A DNA stretch of 64,000 bases from Alphaproteobacteria bacterium (GCA_017616015.1 JAFZYY010000029.1:2101-66100); one strand, 5' to 3'. Positions 20,097-31,460 are shown, counted from the first letter of the stretch. Notes: generated from the sequence alone by a model not told the origin. Numbers and translations are program-made.

Positions 20097-20555
20097 TTAC
20101 ACCCGATGGTACGGGTGGCCGTCAAGAATCGTTCGGGCGCGGTAGATTTGTTCCGCCAGCATTACGCGCGCCAGAAAGTGCGGCCACGTCATTTCGCCGA
20201 ACGCCATGAGATAATCCGCCCGTTTGCGCAACTCGTCCGTATGACCGTCCGCGCCGCCGATCATAAAGACGACCGCCGGCGTGCCTTCGTCCTGCCAGTT
20301 TCCTAACTTTTTGGCAAAGGCTTCCGATCCCGTCTGTTTGCCGCGTTCGTCCAGAACAACGACTTTCGCGCCGTTCGGTACGGCGGACAAAAGCATTTCG
20401 GATTCCCGTTTTTTGCGTTCGGCGGGGGAACCTGATTTCTTGTCCTCAAATTCTCGGATAATGACGTTCCAGCGCGTCTGTTTGACATAGCGCGCCAGCA
20501 AATCGGCTTCCGCTCCCGCTTTTAAATGCCCGATGCAGGCGATGATGATATCCAT
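20097..20555 (-). CDS. rlmH: 23S rRNA (pseudouridine1915-N3)-methyltransferase
   Basis: About 152 aa SPOUT protein starting MDIIIACIGHLKAG. Confidence 0.8.
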   Translation of the reverse strand: MDIIIACIGHLKAGAEADLLARYVKQTRWNVIIREFEDKKSGSPAERKKRESEMLLSAVPNGAKVVVLDERGKQTGSEAFAKKLGNWQDEGTPAVVFMIGGADGHTDELRKRADYLMAFGEMTWPHFLARVMLAEQIYRARTILDGHPYHRV

Positions 20556-20557
20556 TT

Positions 20558-21142
20558 TTATTTTGCGGAATGGCGCGGCGTTTCTTCGCCCCACAATTCT
20601 TCAATGCAGTACATTTCGCGCGTTTCGGGGTGGAAAACGTGAACAATCACGTCCATAGCGTCCACAATTACCCAATCGCCGATGTCTTCGCCTTCAATCG
20701 AAGCGGGAACGCCCGTCTTTTTTAAACGCAGTTGCACCTGTTCCGCCAAAGCCGAAACGTGACGCGGCGCGCGCCCGCTGGCAACGACCAGATAATCGGC
20801 AAGCGCCGTTTTGCCCGTCAGGTTGATCACGACAATGTCGTCCGCCTTGCCGTTTTCAAGCGTCTTGACGATCAGATCGACAAGCTTTTTTTCCTCGGCG
20901 TTTTCTTTAGCCTTTGTGGCTTTTTTCAGCAACTTTTCGTTTTTCGCCTGCGCTTTTAAAATCTTTTTGACCGTTTTTTTGACGGTTTTCTTGATTTCTT
21001 TTTTGGCCGTTTTTTCCGCCTTTACGGATTTTACGGTTTTTTCCGTTTTTTTGGTCGCGGGCTTGGCGACTTTTTTTACTGTTGTTTTGGCAGGTTTTTT
21101 TGCAACGGTTGTTTTTGCTTTTTCAGTTTTCTTTACAGGCAT
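20558..21142 (-). CDS. rsfS: Ribosomal silencing factor RsfS (Iojap) with an approximately 85-aa lysine/alanine-rich N-terminal extension
   Basis: The C-terminal approximately 110 aa match Iojap (…ADDIVVINLTGKTALADYLVVASG…VIVHVFHPETREMY…). The N-terminus is all KKT/AKK/VKK repeats. Confidence 0.8.
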   Translation of the reverse strand: MPVKKTEKAKTTVAKKPAKTTVKKVAKPATKKTEKTVKSVKAEKTAKKEIKKTVKKTVKKILKAQAKNEKLLKKATKAKENAEEKKLVDLIVKTLENGKADDIVVINLTGKTALADYLVVASGRAPRHVSALAEQVQLRLKKTGVPASIEGEDIGDWVIVDAMDVIVHVFHPETREMYCIEELWGEETPRHSAK

Positions 21143-21744
21143 AGTTTTTCTCCTACTATAAATAAACCTTTTTCACGGATCGCCGTTGATGAAGCCGGGT
21201 GCTTGCGGATAGGCAAAAACACCCATGCGGGCGGTTTACAAAAAGCAAGGTCGTCGGCTTCCGACGGAAATCGACGGTATAAATGGTAAATGCGAGCCGC
21301 TTTGCCGTGCAGAGCTTTTAAAGCGTAATGCTTTCTGGCAAAAACGGCAATCGGAACAGAATGCATGATGTCCCGCCAACGGTACCATTGAGGAATTTGC
21401 AGCAGATTATCCGCTCCCATCAGCCAGACAAAATTGGTATCGGGGAACATTTCTTTTAATTTTGTCAGCGTATCGATCGTGTAACGGGTTCCGATCTGAT
21501 ATTCGATGTCGGAAACTTTGATATGCGGGTGGCGGGCGATTTTTTTTGCTATGGTCAACCGGCGGTCGTAAGAGGCCATATCTTTTGCTTCCTTTAACGG
21601 GTTTAAAGGGGATACAAGCCACCATACTTCGTCAAGCCCGAGCAATTTTAAAGCTTGCAGGCTGATGTATCTGTGGCCGTCGTGAGCGGGGTTGAAAGAA
21701 CCGCCAAGCAGACCGACTGTTTTACGGACGTGTCTGACCTGCAC
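21133..21744 (-). CDS. nadD: Nicotinate-nucleotide adenylyltransferase
   Basis: [14 protein letters not shown] (the (H/T)xGH motif). 203 aa. Confidence 0.85.
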   Translation of the reverse strand: MQVRHVRKTVGLLGGSFNPAHDGHRYISLQALKLLGLDEVWWLVSPLNPLKEAKDMASYDRRLTIAKKIARHPHIKVSDIEYQIGTRYTIDTLTKLKEMFPDTNFVWLMGADNLLQIPQWYRWRDIMHSVPIAVFARKHYALKALHGKAARIYHLYRRFPSEADDLAFCKPPAWVFLPIRKHPASSTAIREKGLFIVGEKLCL

Positions 21745-22969
21745 CGCGCACCTGATATTTGAAAGTGGTTAATTGCTCCAGACCGATCGGACCTCTGGCG
21801 TGCAGACGTCCGGTCGCAATGCCGATTTCGGCGCCCATGCCGAATTCGCCGCCGTCGCAGAATTGCGTCGACGCGTTGTGCATGACGACCGCGCTGTCGA
21901 CTTCGGCCAAGAATTTTGCCGCCGCCGCGTCGTCTTGCGTCAGAATGGATTCCGTGTGATGCGAACTGTGCCGCGCGATATGGTCGATCGCTTCCTTGAT
22001 GCCGGAAACGACGCGCACGGAAACGATCGGCGCCAGATATTCGGTATCCCAGTCCTCGTCGACAGCGGGAATGACGCGCTTGTCCAAAGCCTGCGTTTTT
22101 TCATCGCCTCTGACTTCGCACCCTTTGGCGATCAAGTCGTCGATAACGGCTGGCAGAATAGTTTGAGAAACGGCTTCGTCGCACAAAATCGTTTCGGTCG
22201 AATTGCACGTTCCCGTCCGGCGCATTTTTGCGTTCAGGACGACTTTGCGGGCGATCTCTTTGTCGGCCGCCGCATGAATGTAGGTGTGGCAAATGCCGTT
22301 CAGATGCTTGAACAGCGGAATTCTGCTTTCGTCCGTAATACGCTGAATCAAAGACTTTCCGCCGCGTGGAACGATTACGTCGATGTATTCGTCCAGCTTC
22401 AGCATTTCGCCGACAGCGGCGCGGTCGGTCGTCGGGACGGACTGTATGCAGTCCTGCGGCAGTCCGGCTTCTTTCAAGCCTTCATGCAATAACCCGGCAA
22501 TCTTCGCCGAAGAATTAAAACTGTCCGAACCGCCGCGCAAAATAACGGCGTTACCCGATTTAAAGCATAAAGCGCCCGCGTCGGCGGTGACGTTCGGACG
22601 ACTTTCGTAAATGACGCCGATGACGCCCAAAGGCACGGCGACACGCGTAATGACAAGCCCGTTCGGACGCGTCCATTCCGCCAGTTTGCGACCGACCGGA
22701 TCGGGCAGGGCGGCAATGTCGTCCAAGCCTTTGGCCATACTTTCAACGCGTTCGGGCGTCAGCAGAAGACGGTCGCGCATCGCGTCGGACGTACTCGGCG
22801 GCAAAGCGTTTCTGTCGTCTTCATTGGCCGCCAGAATTTCATTGATATGCCCGCGAATCAACTTTGCCGACGCTTTCAGTGCCGCGTCCTTTTGTTCGCG
22901 TGTCGCGCTTGCCAGAATGCGGGCGGCCGCTTTCGCTTTTTGCCCCATGGAACGCATCAGTTCTTTCAT
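21722..22969 (-). CDS. proA: Gamma-glutamyl phosphate reductase
   Basis: 415 aa aldehyde-dehydrogenase-like protein with ProA-type sequence, next to proB. Confidence 0.9.
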   Translation of the reverse strand: MKELMRSMGQKAKAAARILASATREQKDAALKASAKLIRGHINEILAANEDDRNALPPSTSDAMRDRLLLTPERVESMAKGLDDIAALPDPVGRKLAEWTRPNGLVITRVAVPLGVIGVIYESRPNVTADAGALCFKSGNAVILRGGSDSFNSSAKIAGLLHEGLKEAGLPQDCIQSVPTTDRAAVGEMLKLDEYIDVIVPRGGKSLIQRITDESRIPLFKHLNGICHTYIHAAADKEIARKVVLNAKMRRTGTCNSTETILCDEAVSQTILPAVIDDLIAKGCEVRGDEKTQALDKRVIPAVDEDWDTEYLAPIVSVRVVSGIKEAIDHIARHSSHHTESILTQDDAAAAKFLAEVDSAVVMHNASTQFCDGGEFGMGAEIGIATGRLHARGPIGLEQLTTFKYQVRGAGQTRP

Positions 22970-22971
22970 TG

Positions 22972-25189
<2,218 letters not shown>

Positions 25190-25218
25190 TTAAAATAAAA
25201 GCTTTTTAGCCGAAAACA

Positions 25219-25473
25219 CTATTCCGTAACGACAGAAACATACACTCTGTCATCGGCTTTGCGCGTAAAGGCGACGCGGCCTTCAGCGGTCGCAAAAATG
25301 GTATGATCACGACCCAAGCCGACATTTTCACCCGTGCGGTATTTTGTTCCGCGCTGACGGACAATGATGTTGCCCGGAATAACAGCCTGACCGCCGGATT
25401 TCTTCAAGCCCAAACGCTTGCTTTCGGAGTCGCGTCCGTTTCTGGTGCTGCCGCCTGCTTTCTTATGAGCCAT
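25219..25473 (-). CDS. rpmA: 50S ribosomal protein L27
   Basis: [22 protein letters not shown]. Confidence 0.95.
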   Translation of the reverse strand: MAHKKAGGSTRNGRDSESKRLGLKKSGGQAVIPGNIIVRQRGTKYRTGENVGLGRDHTIFATAEGRVAFTRKADDRVYVSVVTE

Positions 25474-25503
25474 AGCAAATCTCCTTACCTTTGAAAATTT
25501 TAA

Positions 25504-25803
25504 CTATTCAGCGATATCCGTGATCTTGACGATCGAGATATACTGACGATGACCGTTTTTACGGCGATAGCCCTGACGACGTTTTTTCTTGAAAACGATA
25601 ACCGTGTCATCACGGGTCTGCTTGACGACCTTAGCGGAAACTTTGGCGCCGGCGATTGTCGGTGTGCCGATTTTTTCATCTAAAGCAAGCACGTTGTCAA
25701 ATGTCACAGTAGAGCCGACTTCCGCGTTGAGCTTTTCAACCACGATTACATCGTCTTTTGCGACCTTATACTGCTTGCCGCCTGTCTTAATAACTGCGAA
25801 CAT
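25504..25803 (-). CDS. rplU: 50S ribosomal protein L21
   Basis: [14 protein letters not shown]. Confidence 0.95.
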   Translation of the reverse strand: MFAVIKTGGKQYKVAKDDVIVVEKLNAEVGSTVTFDNVLALDEKIGTPTIAGAKVSAKVVKQTRDDTVIVFKKKRRQGYRRKNGHRQYISIVKITDIAE

Positions 25804-25919
25804 TTCATCACCATCTTAGAAAATCTATACCGAAAGCGGAATCGCTTCCGCTTTAAAGAGAGCTCTTTATAGCCAGAAATTTAAGGATTTGTCAACAGGA
25901 TATTTATCTTTGACCGTAT

Positions 25920-26828
25920 TTATTTTTGTCTGATGACGATATTGGAAGCGACTTTTCGCACCAGACGGGTAAAAGGCAGAGACTGAATCCAGACTTTTCC
26001 CGGTCCTTTTAAAGAGGCAAAAAACACGCCGGAACCGCCAAAAAATTGGGATTTAAGGCTACCGGCTCCTTCAATGTCAAAATCGACGGACGATTCAAAA
26101 GCGGCCAGACAGCCGACGTCCGTTTGTAAGATTTCGTCATCGTCTAACTCGATTTCGGCGATTGCTCCGCCGGCGTTAATGAAAACGACTCCGTCTCCCG
26201 TTAAGCGTTGCATGATGAATCCGGCGCCGCCGAATAATCCGGTCAGAATTTTCTTTTGAAAATAAATATCTATGTCAATATGCGATTCTGCGCACAGAAA
26301 ACTGTCTCTTTGGCAAATAATCTCTCCGCCCAAAGAGCTCAGAGAAACGGGAATGATTTTGCCGGGATACGGCGCAGCAAAAGCCACCCTTGCGGCGCCT
26401 GACTGAGACGTATTCGTAAAAACGGACAAGAAAGCTCTTTCGCCGGACAGAATTCGTTTTCCGGCGCCCATCATGCGACCGAAGAACCCTTTGTCGCCAT
26501 GACCGCCGAGCATCGCTTCCAGAATAACGGGATCGTCCTTGAAAATCATTGACCCCGGTTCGGCAATAACGGATTCTTGAGGGGCAAGAGTAATTTCAAC
26601 GTACTGTAAATCGTCCCCGTATAGTTTAAACGATAAGTCCGAACGAAACGTAGTGGCAGGAAAAGAATTGCCGACATTTGAATTTAAGACGGCAAATTTG
26701 CTTGCCGGCGCCCAATCCGTCATTCCTTCGCGCCAAACCAGACAGTCGGGATTTTTCCCTATGAATTTAACGGCGTCTTCTGTCGAAAACGGGCCGTATT
26801 TTTGATTTCCGGATAAGCAGAACCACAT
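25920..26828 (-). CDS. DUF4339 (GYF-like) N-terminal domain fused to an AIM24/TIGR00266-family domain
   Basis: The N-terminus KYGPFSTEDAVKFIGKNPDCLVWREGMTDWAPA has a GYF-like pattern. The C-terminal approximately 230 aa resemble the AIM24/DUF124 beta-rich domain. Confidence 0.5.
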   Translation of the reverse strand: MWFCLSGNQKYGPFSTEDAVKFIGKNPDCLVWREGMTDWAPASKFAVLNSNVGNSFPATTFRSDLSFKLYGDDLQYVEITLAPQESVIAEPGSMIFKDDPVILEAMLGGHGDKGFFGRMMGAGKRILSGERAFLSVFTNTSQSGAARVAFAAPYPGKIIPVSLSSLGGEIICQRDSFLCAESHIDIDIYFQKKILTGLFGGAGFIMQRLTGDGVVFINAGGAIAEIELDDDEILQTDVGCLAAFESSVDFDIEGAGSLKSQFFGGSGVFFASLKGPGKVWIQSLPFTRLVRKVASNIVIRQK

Positions 26829-26845
26829 AGCGAAAGAATCCTTTC

Positions 26846-28069
26846 CTAATAGTTGTACAATAATGTTGTGCCGCCGCGTCGGTTGCGCGGATTTTTAGAA
26901 AGCAAATATTGAATATACCGTCCCTGGAACAGGGTAATACCGTATTTCTTTGCGAATTGCATGGCGTTTTCGTTGTCAACGCGGCATAAAATAGCCCTGT
27001 TATCACCGATATTTGATAACAAATCTTCCAGTTCAGTATTGCTTTGTAAAATGTCTGCCAGATCCGAAGACCATGCCAGTTTTAAATAATCGGCTCCCAG
27101 TCGTTCCCGATCAATGAATTCCAAAGTATTTCCTGTTACGCCGTCGATACATATTTTATATCCCAGATTTTGAGCGTAATCTCTGGCGATTAGATAAGAA
27201 TTCAGGTCGCTGAGAATATCCGTCGGCTGTAATTCCAGTACGATTGTGTTTTTTAAATTAGATAAAATATTGCTGTCGAAATTTCTGAATTCTTCCGAAA
27301 GAATGGTCGAAATGTTCAGGTTTAAAGAAAACGCTTTTCTGAACGCTCCGTCGTCGTGTCGAGACACGCTGCTCAGAACCCGCTTATCCAAAGTTTCCGT
27401 CAGATCCTGAAACAGCCACGGCGTAGCCGTTAAGGAGACGCCGGGAAGAATGGATTCGCCTAAATCGGCAATGGAAACGAATACTTCTTCAAACAAAGGC
27501 TGCGGATACGTTTCGTCCAAAACAATACAAACGGACTGACTGCGTATTATGTTCGAAAAGTCGGTGTTTTGCAGAGCTTTGGAAACGCGCGCCAGCATTT
27601 CCGGCGTAAACAGCTTTTCATTCTTTTCTATTGTCGGAGGTATGACAAATTTTTGGCGTTCTTTTTTCGTCTGAGGTTTTCTGGAAGGTCCTTTGCCGAT
27701 TCTTGAAATTTCATGTTTCAACGCGTCTGTATCCTGCGGCAGTTTATAATGCTTTTCCTGAAATTGCTCTTTGCCGGACATTTTTATTTTGCTTGAGAAA
27801 TGCAACCAGGCTCGGATTAAAATCGTTTTAAGAAAGCTTTCGCTGATTTTGGAATTGTAAACAATGAATATGTCATCGTTTTTTAAACAAAAAGCCTGCC
27901 CGTCAAGACCTAACGTATTATAGAAATCGTTTAAAACCAACATCAGCAGGCTGTCATCGCGCGCGGCTTCGTCAATCAGAGATATTTTCAGCTGTAATAC
28001 GGACGCTTCTTTATTGGATAATAAAAAAGTGGCCAAGAAACCGTGAAGCTTTTCTTCCTGATCAATCAT
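26846..28069 (-). CDS. Degenerate GGDEF-like plus EAL-like tandem-domain protein (paralog B), predicted enzymatically inactive
   Basis: The C-terminal half follows the EAL fold pattern. ICIDGVTGN corresponds to DDFGTGY, YLKLAWS to LKIDRSF, and AILCRVDNENAMQFAKKYGITLFQGRYI to vvAEGVEt...GcdyaQGYlf. The N-terminal half follows GGDEF spacing (…LKNDDIFIVYNS… in place of RYGGEEFvvl). The start at the MIDQ ATG abuts the upstream paralog's stop. Confidence 0.5.
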   Translation of the reverse strand: MIDQEEKLHGFLATFLLSNKEASVLQLKISLIDEAARDDSLLMLVLNDFYNTLGLDGQAFCLKNDDIFIVYNSKISESFLKTILIRAWLHFSSKIKMSGKEQFQEKHYKLPQDTDALKHEISRIGKGPSRKPQTKKERQKFVIPPTIEKNEKLFTPEMLARVSKALQNTDFSNIIRSQSVCIVLDETYPQPLFEEVFVSIADLGESILPGVSLTATPWLFQDLTETLDKRVLSSVSRHDDGAFRKAFSLNLNISTILSEEFRNFDSNILSNLKNTIVLELQPTDILSDLNSYLIARDYAQNLGYKICIDGVTGNTLEFIDRERLGADYLKLAWSSDLADILQSNTELEDLLSNIGDNRAILCRVDNENAMQFAKKYGITLFQGRYIQYLLSKNPRNRRGGTTLLYNY

Positions 28070-29355
28070 ACGCTTTTTTTCCTTTTGTATTCGATCGGCA
28101 AATCCAAATTGGAAGGTATCAGGCAATCCGCCCGCTGAGCGCCGGCTATACCCGCTTTTCTGGAAGCGCACGCTTCTTTTGTGCAATGTTTCTTTTCAGG
28201 ACAGCCTTTCCTGATTTTAGCCGTGGTCAAAGCGTCTATAAAATATCCTTGAAAACGGGTGATTTTATGCATTAAAGCCCAAGCAAGAGCAGTTTCGTCT
28301 TCACAACGCATTAAAATCAAACGATTCGGATCAATGTCTTTCAGTCCTTTTTCAAGCTTTTTGGATTCGGCGGCGTTTATTAAAGCCGGCGACCAGTTAA
28401 GCTTCATTAAATCGGAATTCAGCTTTTTCATATCCATGAATTCAAAAGAAATCGGCGGAAGACCGTCTATCAGAATTTGATGTCCCGCTTCATGCAACAA
28501 ATCCCGGGCAACGATGAAATTGCGCGTGTTCTGTATGATGTCCATCAGCTGAACTTCGACAATAACGGTCATTTGTTCTGGCGCCTGGGAAAGGAAGTTT
28601 TCAAAGGCGGGGGTAAAAATCGTGGAAATGTTTAAATTTAAAGAAATATTTTTCGGTGTATGAAGAAATAACTCTTTGGAAATTCCTAACATTCTTTTAT
28701 CCAGCGTTTCACTTAAATGCTGGAAAAGCCACCTGTTGGACAGGACGTTTACGTCCGGCGCAATCGCTTTTTTCAAATCCGCCATGGAAGTGAAGTATTC
28801 CAAAAACAAAGAAGACAATTTTCCCTGCGGCGTTATTTGAATGGCTTCCTGCCGGCGAATGATTTTTAAGATGTTGAACCCCTGAATGTTGCGCAGAATA
28901 GCGTCCAAATGTTCGGGGGCCAGAGGGACTTCCGCTTTTTGCGGTTGTTGCTGCCGATGAACGTTTTCCAAATGTTCTTTGGCAAAAGCCATAACCGTTT
29001 CGAAATCGTTTTCAAGCGCGTAAATTTGTACAAAATCGTCGGGGTGAGCCGCGGCAAAAGAATCGGATTGAAAAATATGCCGAACGGACTCCGCTATATC
29101 ACCGGCGCGTTGCGGCGATAAAGCCTGACCAATGATAACAATGTCGTTGTTGGAAAGTAAGAATAAACCAGATTGAGTTTTGATAACGGTATCATTTATC
29201 GCACTCAATGCTATTTTTACCTGGCGCGGCGATCTGTTTGTGGGATTTAAGGCTGACAGACGAATAATAATCACCGTTGAATTCATGTTTATAGATTCAA
29301 GGCGCTTTAATTTATCTATCAGCCTTTGTTCTGCCTCGGGTATGGGCTTAGCCAC
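28066..29355 (-). CDS. Degenerate GGDEF-like plus EAL-like tandem-domain protein (paralog A), predicted enzymatically inactive
   Basis: Clear paralog of the downstream gene (…NLNISTIF…, …ILIDGLPPISFEFMDMKKL…, …LILMRCEDETALAWALMHKITRFQGYFIDAL). The GGDEF-like N-terminus has LLSNNDIVIIGQA in place of GG(D/E)EF. Confidence 0.5.
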   Translation of the reverse strand: MAKPIPEAEQRLIDKLKRLESINMNSTVIIIRLSALNPTNRSPRQVKIALSAINDTVIKTQSGLFLLSNNDIVIIGQALSPQRAGDIAESVRHIFQSDSFAAAHPDDFVQIYALENDFETVMAFAKEHLENVHRQQQPQKAEVPLAPEHLDAILRNIQGFNILKIIRRQEAIQITPQGKLSSLFLEYFTSMADLKKAIAPDVNVLSNRWLFQHLSETLDKRMLGISKELFLHTPKNISLNLNISTIFTPAFENFLSQAPEQMTVIVEVQLMDIIQNTRNFIVARDLLHEAGHQILIDGLPPISFEFMDMKKLNSDLMKLNWSPALINAAESKKLEKGLKDIDPNRLILMRCEDETALAWALMHKITRFQGYFIDALTTAKIRKGCPEKKHCTKEACASRKAGIAGAQRADCLIPSNLDLPIEYKRKKSV

Positions 29356-29373
29356 GCTTAAAAAAATCCCTTT

Positions 29374-30504
29374 TTATTTCAGATACAGATGAACCTCTGT
29401 CGTTTTGACGGAATCTTTGTTCGCTCTGGAAGAATAAATGCGACTGGCAGGTAATCCCATGGATAACAAAGCTTCACGTACGGCGTCCGCATTTTTAGCC
29501 GCCTCCGCCTCGCCTGTTTTCGTATTAAACGGGCTGACGGCGACAACTTCAAAATGCGTGGACGGCCGCTTGTCCAAAGCCGTTTTGACGGCTTTGTATA
29601 AAGGCTGTTCAAATTCCACTTTCTGTTTGTCAAAGCGGATAATCATCAAAGGACGCCGCCCGGTTAAGTCGGCTTCCGGCAGATCGTCCGTCGAAGAAAA
29701 ATAAGCCGGCGCGGTTTGCAACGTTGTTGCCGGTAAAGGCGCCTGCGTTTGCGTTCTGCCTCTGATCATGACGGAACCGTTTTGGATTTCGGTGCTTAAC
29801 AGATTGATGTTTTGGCTTTCAGAGCTGAAATATTGCTGCTGACGCGTAATCTGCAAAGTCAAATCCGAGCTTAGACGATTTAAAGAAACAATCGTCTGAT
29901 TGGTTTCATCTTCCAATAATTTGAGGTTTTCGTGATCGATTTCCATTGCTCCGGGAACGGAGAACGTTTCGCGGATTGTTTCCAGCAAAGCGTCAAGTTC
30001 GTTCTTTGCTCTGGCTGTTTCGCTTGATAATTTAGCGGTTTCGGACATGTTCTTGTCGGAACCGGCCAGCAAAGCCGAAGCTTGCTTCCACATTTCAACT
30101 AATTCCGGATTCCCCGGCGTAGTGCCGTTTTGCAGGCGGGCGCGGATACGGGCGATATGTTCATAATAACGACCGGATTCTTCGGCGCTTTTAGCTTTTA
30201 ATTCGCGGAATGTCTGCGAATCCTTTTTTATGTTTTTCTGAACCTGACGCAACTTGGCATCGATTGCGGCAACTTTTTTGCTGACTTCCGAAACAACAGA
30301 AGAATTAGAAGCATACTTCGGCGCTTCGGCGACGGCTTTGCGAGATTCAATGCTTGTTTCGGCGGGAGCGACCGTTTCGGAGCGAGGCGCTTCCATAGAA
30401 AAATCATCATCGTAATAATGATCCGTTGACGTGTTTGAGTTCATAGCGCAACCGGCAAGCGTCAGCAATGCGGCGGCTAAAGAGAATCTTTTCAGAATGG
30501 ACAT
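29374..30504 (-). CDS. Lipoprotein with coiled-coil region and degenerate OmpA/MotB-like C-terminal domain
   Basis: Signal peptide with lipobox LTLAGC. Central heptad-repeat region. C-terminus (…IIRFDKQKVEF…FEVVAVSP…ADAVREALLSMGLPASRIYSS…) follows the OmpA-C fold spacing but lacks the canonical TD..N..R residues. Confidence 0.45.
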   Translation of the reverse strand: MSILKRFSLAAALLTLAGCAMNSNTSTDHYYDDDFSMEAPRSETVAPAETSIESRKAVAEAPKYASNSSVVSEVSKKVAAIDAKLRQVQKNIKKDSQTFRELKAKSAEESGRYYEHIARIRARLQNGTTPGNPELVEMWKQASALLAGSDKNMSETAKLSSETARAKNELDALLETIRETFSVPGAMEIDHENLKLLEDETNQTIVSLNRLSSDLTLQITRQQQYFSSESQNINLLSTEIQNGSVMIRGRTQTQAPLPATTLQTAPAYFSSTDDLPEADLTGRRPLMIIRFDKQKVEFEQPLYKAVKTALDKRPSTHFEVVAVSPFNTKTGEAEAAKNADAVREALLSMGLPASRIYSSRANKDSVKTTEVHLYLK

Positions 30505-30658
30505 AGTTTTGAATACCTTAAAAGTTTAAGAAAACTGCGCAATTTTCCATGCCGCTTTTTTAAAAAAACGACCTCTTTAGAATGTACCGAGAAATAGCAG
30601 TTTTGCAAGAGGTTTTATCAATAATAATAAATTTGTTGTGTTTTTTGCAAAAAAAGTC

Positions 30659-30687
30659 TTGCAAGGGATTTATGAAGAGCGTATATA
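30659..30687 (+). promoter_or_regulatory. Putative sigma70 promoter of tRNA-Arg (-35 TTGCAA, 17-nt spacer, -10 TATATA)
   Basis: TTGCAA at 30659-30664 and TATATA at 30682-30687. The mature tRNA 5' end lies 13 nt downstream. A second TTGCAAG copy sits at 30602-30608. Confidence 0.5.
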
Positions 30688-30699
30688 AAGCTTGCTTAT

Positions 30700-30776
30700 G
30701 CGCCCATAGCTCAACTGGATAGAGCATCTGACTACGGATCAGAAGGCTGAGAGTTCGAATCTTTCTGGGCGCGCCA
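30700..30776 (+). tRNA. tRNA-Arg (anticodon ACG)
   Basis: Acceptor GCGCCCA/TGGGCGC, D-arm GCTCaactggatAGAGC, anticodon stem-loop TCTGActACGgaTCAGA, T-arm GAGAGttcgaatCTTTC, CCA encoded. Confidence 0.9.
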
Positions 30777-30781
30777 AAAAA

Positions 30782-30808
30782 ATCCTCCGGTAACGGGGGA
30801 TTTTTTTG
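30782..30808 (+). terminator. Rho-independent terminator after tRNA-Arg (copy 1 of a duplicated terminator)
   Basis: ATCCTCCGgtaaCGGGGGAT followed by TTTTTTT. The identical sequence recurs at 31567-31593. Confidence 0.65.
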
Positions 30809-30836
30809 TAGTAAGCCCTAAGATTAGAACTCTTCC

Positions 30837-30920
30837 GAGAGTTCGGTGACCGAAGGGAACGACGCCGAGAGGCGTCCCCGTCAGGGGTAAGCGAAGCGAA
30901 CAATCTTTCTGGGTGCGCCA
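30837..30920 (+). repeat. Degenerate tRNA-Arg 3' fragment (T-arm to CCA) carrying a 55-nt insertion in the T-loop, copy A
   Basis: GAGAGTTCG-[55 nt: GTGACCGAAGGGAACGACGCCGAGAGGCGTCCCCGTCAGGGGTAAGCGAAGCGAAC]-AATCTTTCTGGGtGCGCCA. Identical to copy B apart from one mismatch. Confidence 0.8.
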
Positions 30921-30924
30921 AAAA

Positions 30925-30958
30925 TCTCCGCAATGTCAACGACTTGCGGGATTTTTTT
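30925..30958 (+). terminator. Hairpin plus T-run after repeat copy A
   Basis: CCGCAAtgtcaacgacTTGCGG followed by GATTTTTTTATT. Confidence 0.45.
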
Positions 30959-31049
30959 ATTGTTACAAAATTGTTGCGTTAAACGGCGTTAAACTTTTAA
31001 TTTCGATTTTTTATCGGCAGTTTTTGCTATTTTTGATTCGTTGAAAAAA

Positions 31050-31087
31050 ATGGCAGGGAAACTCCCGCACGGGGAGTGCCCTGCCAT
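31050..31087 (-). terminator. 38-nt near-perfect palindrome; a T7 run follows on the minus strand (orphan minus-strand terminator)
   Basis: ATGGCAGGGaaaCTCCCgcacGGGAGtgCCCTGCCAT. The minus-strand continuation is ATTTTTTTCAACG. Confidence 0.4.
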
Positions 31088-31219
31088 TTCCGTCCTTAGC
31101 GAATAAACGTTGTCAGGACTTTAATGATAAGTTTTAAGATGTACATCAAAAAAATCATCATTTGTTCCGATCCTTTGCCAAAACATTATGGCGTTAGGAA
31201 GGAACTAAAAGAAAACCGT

Positions 31220-31333
31220 TTGACAAAGCAAACCGTTTTCCGTATCCTAAAACTATGAGATGGAGTTAGATACGTTAGCTCCTTCCGAGTTTTGGAATAA
31301 GTCCGGTGGTACCAACACCGGACTTTTCTTTTA
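31220..31333 (+). ncRNA. Candidate small RNA: consensus TTGACA -35, TATCCT -10, two hairpins and an intrinsic terminator
   Basis: TTGACA at 31220-31225, 17-nt spacer, TATCCT at 31243-31248. Hairpin GGAGTTAGatacgTTAGCTCC. Terminator AAGTCCGGTGgtaccaaCACCGGACTT followed by TTTCTTTTAT at 31299-31333. No ORF longer than a few codons. Confidence 0.3.
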
Positions 31334-31460
31334 TAGACGTTTTTTCACTTCCCTGCAAAGCAAAACAACGTGAGAAAATTAAAAAAGAAAATTGCATTGT
31401 TATCATAAATAAAGTTAAACATATTCGTTATAACTTATTGAAAACAAATAAAAGTTCACA

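Noticed and set aside
21773-22492. 239-aa plus-strand ORF opposite proA
   Set aside because: Antisense to a clear ProA reading frame, with no independent signals.
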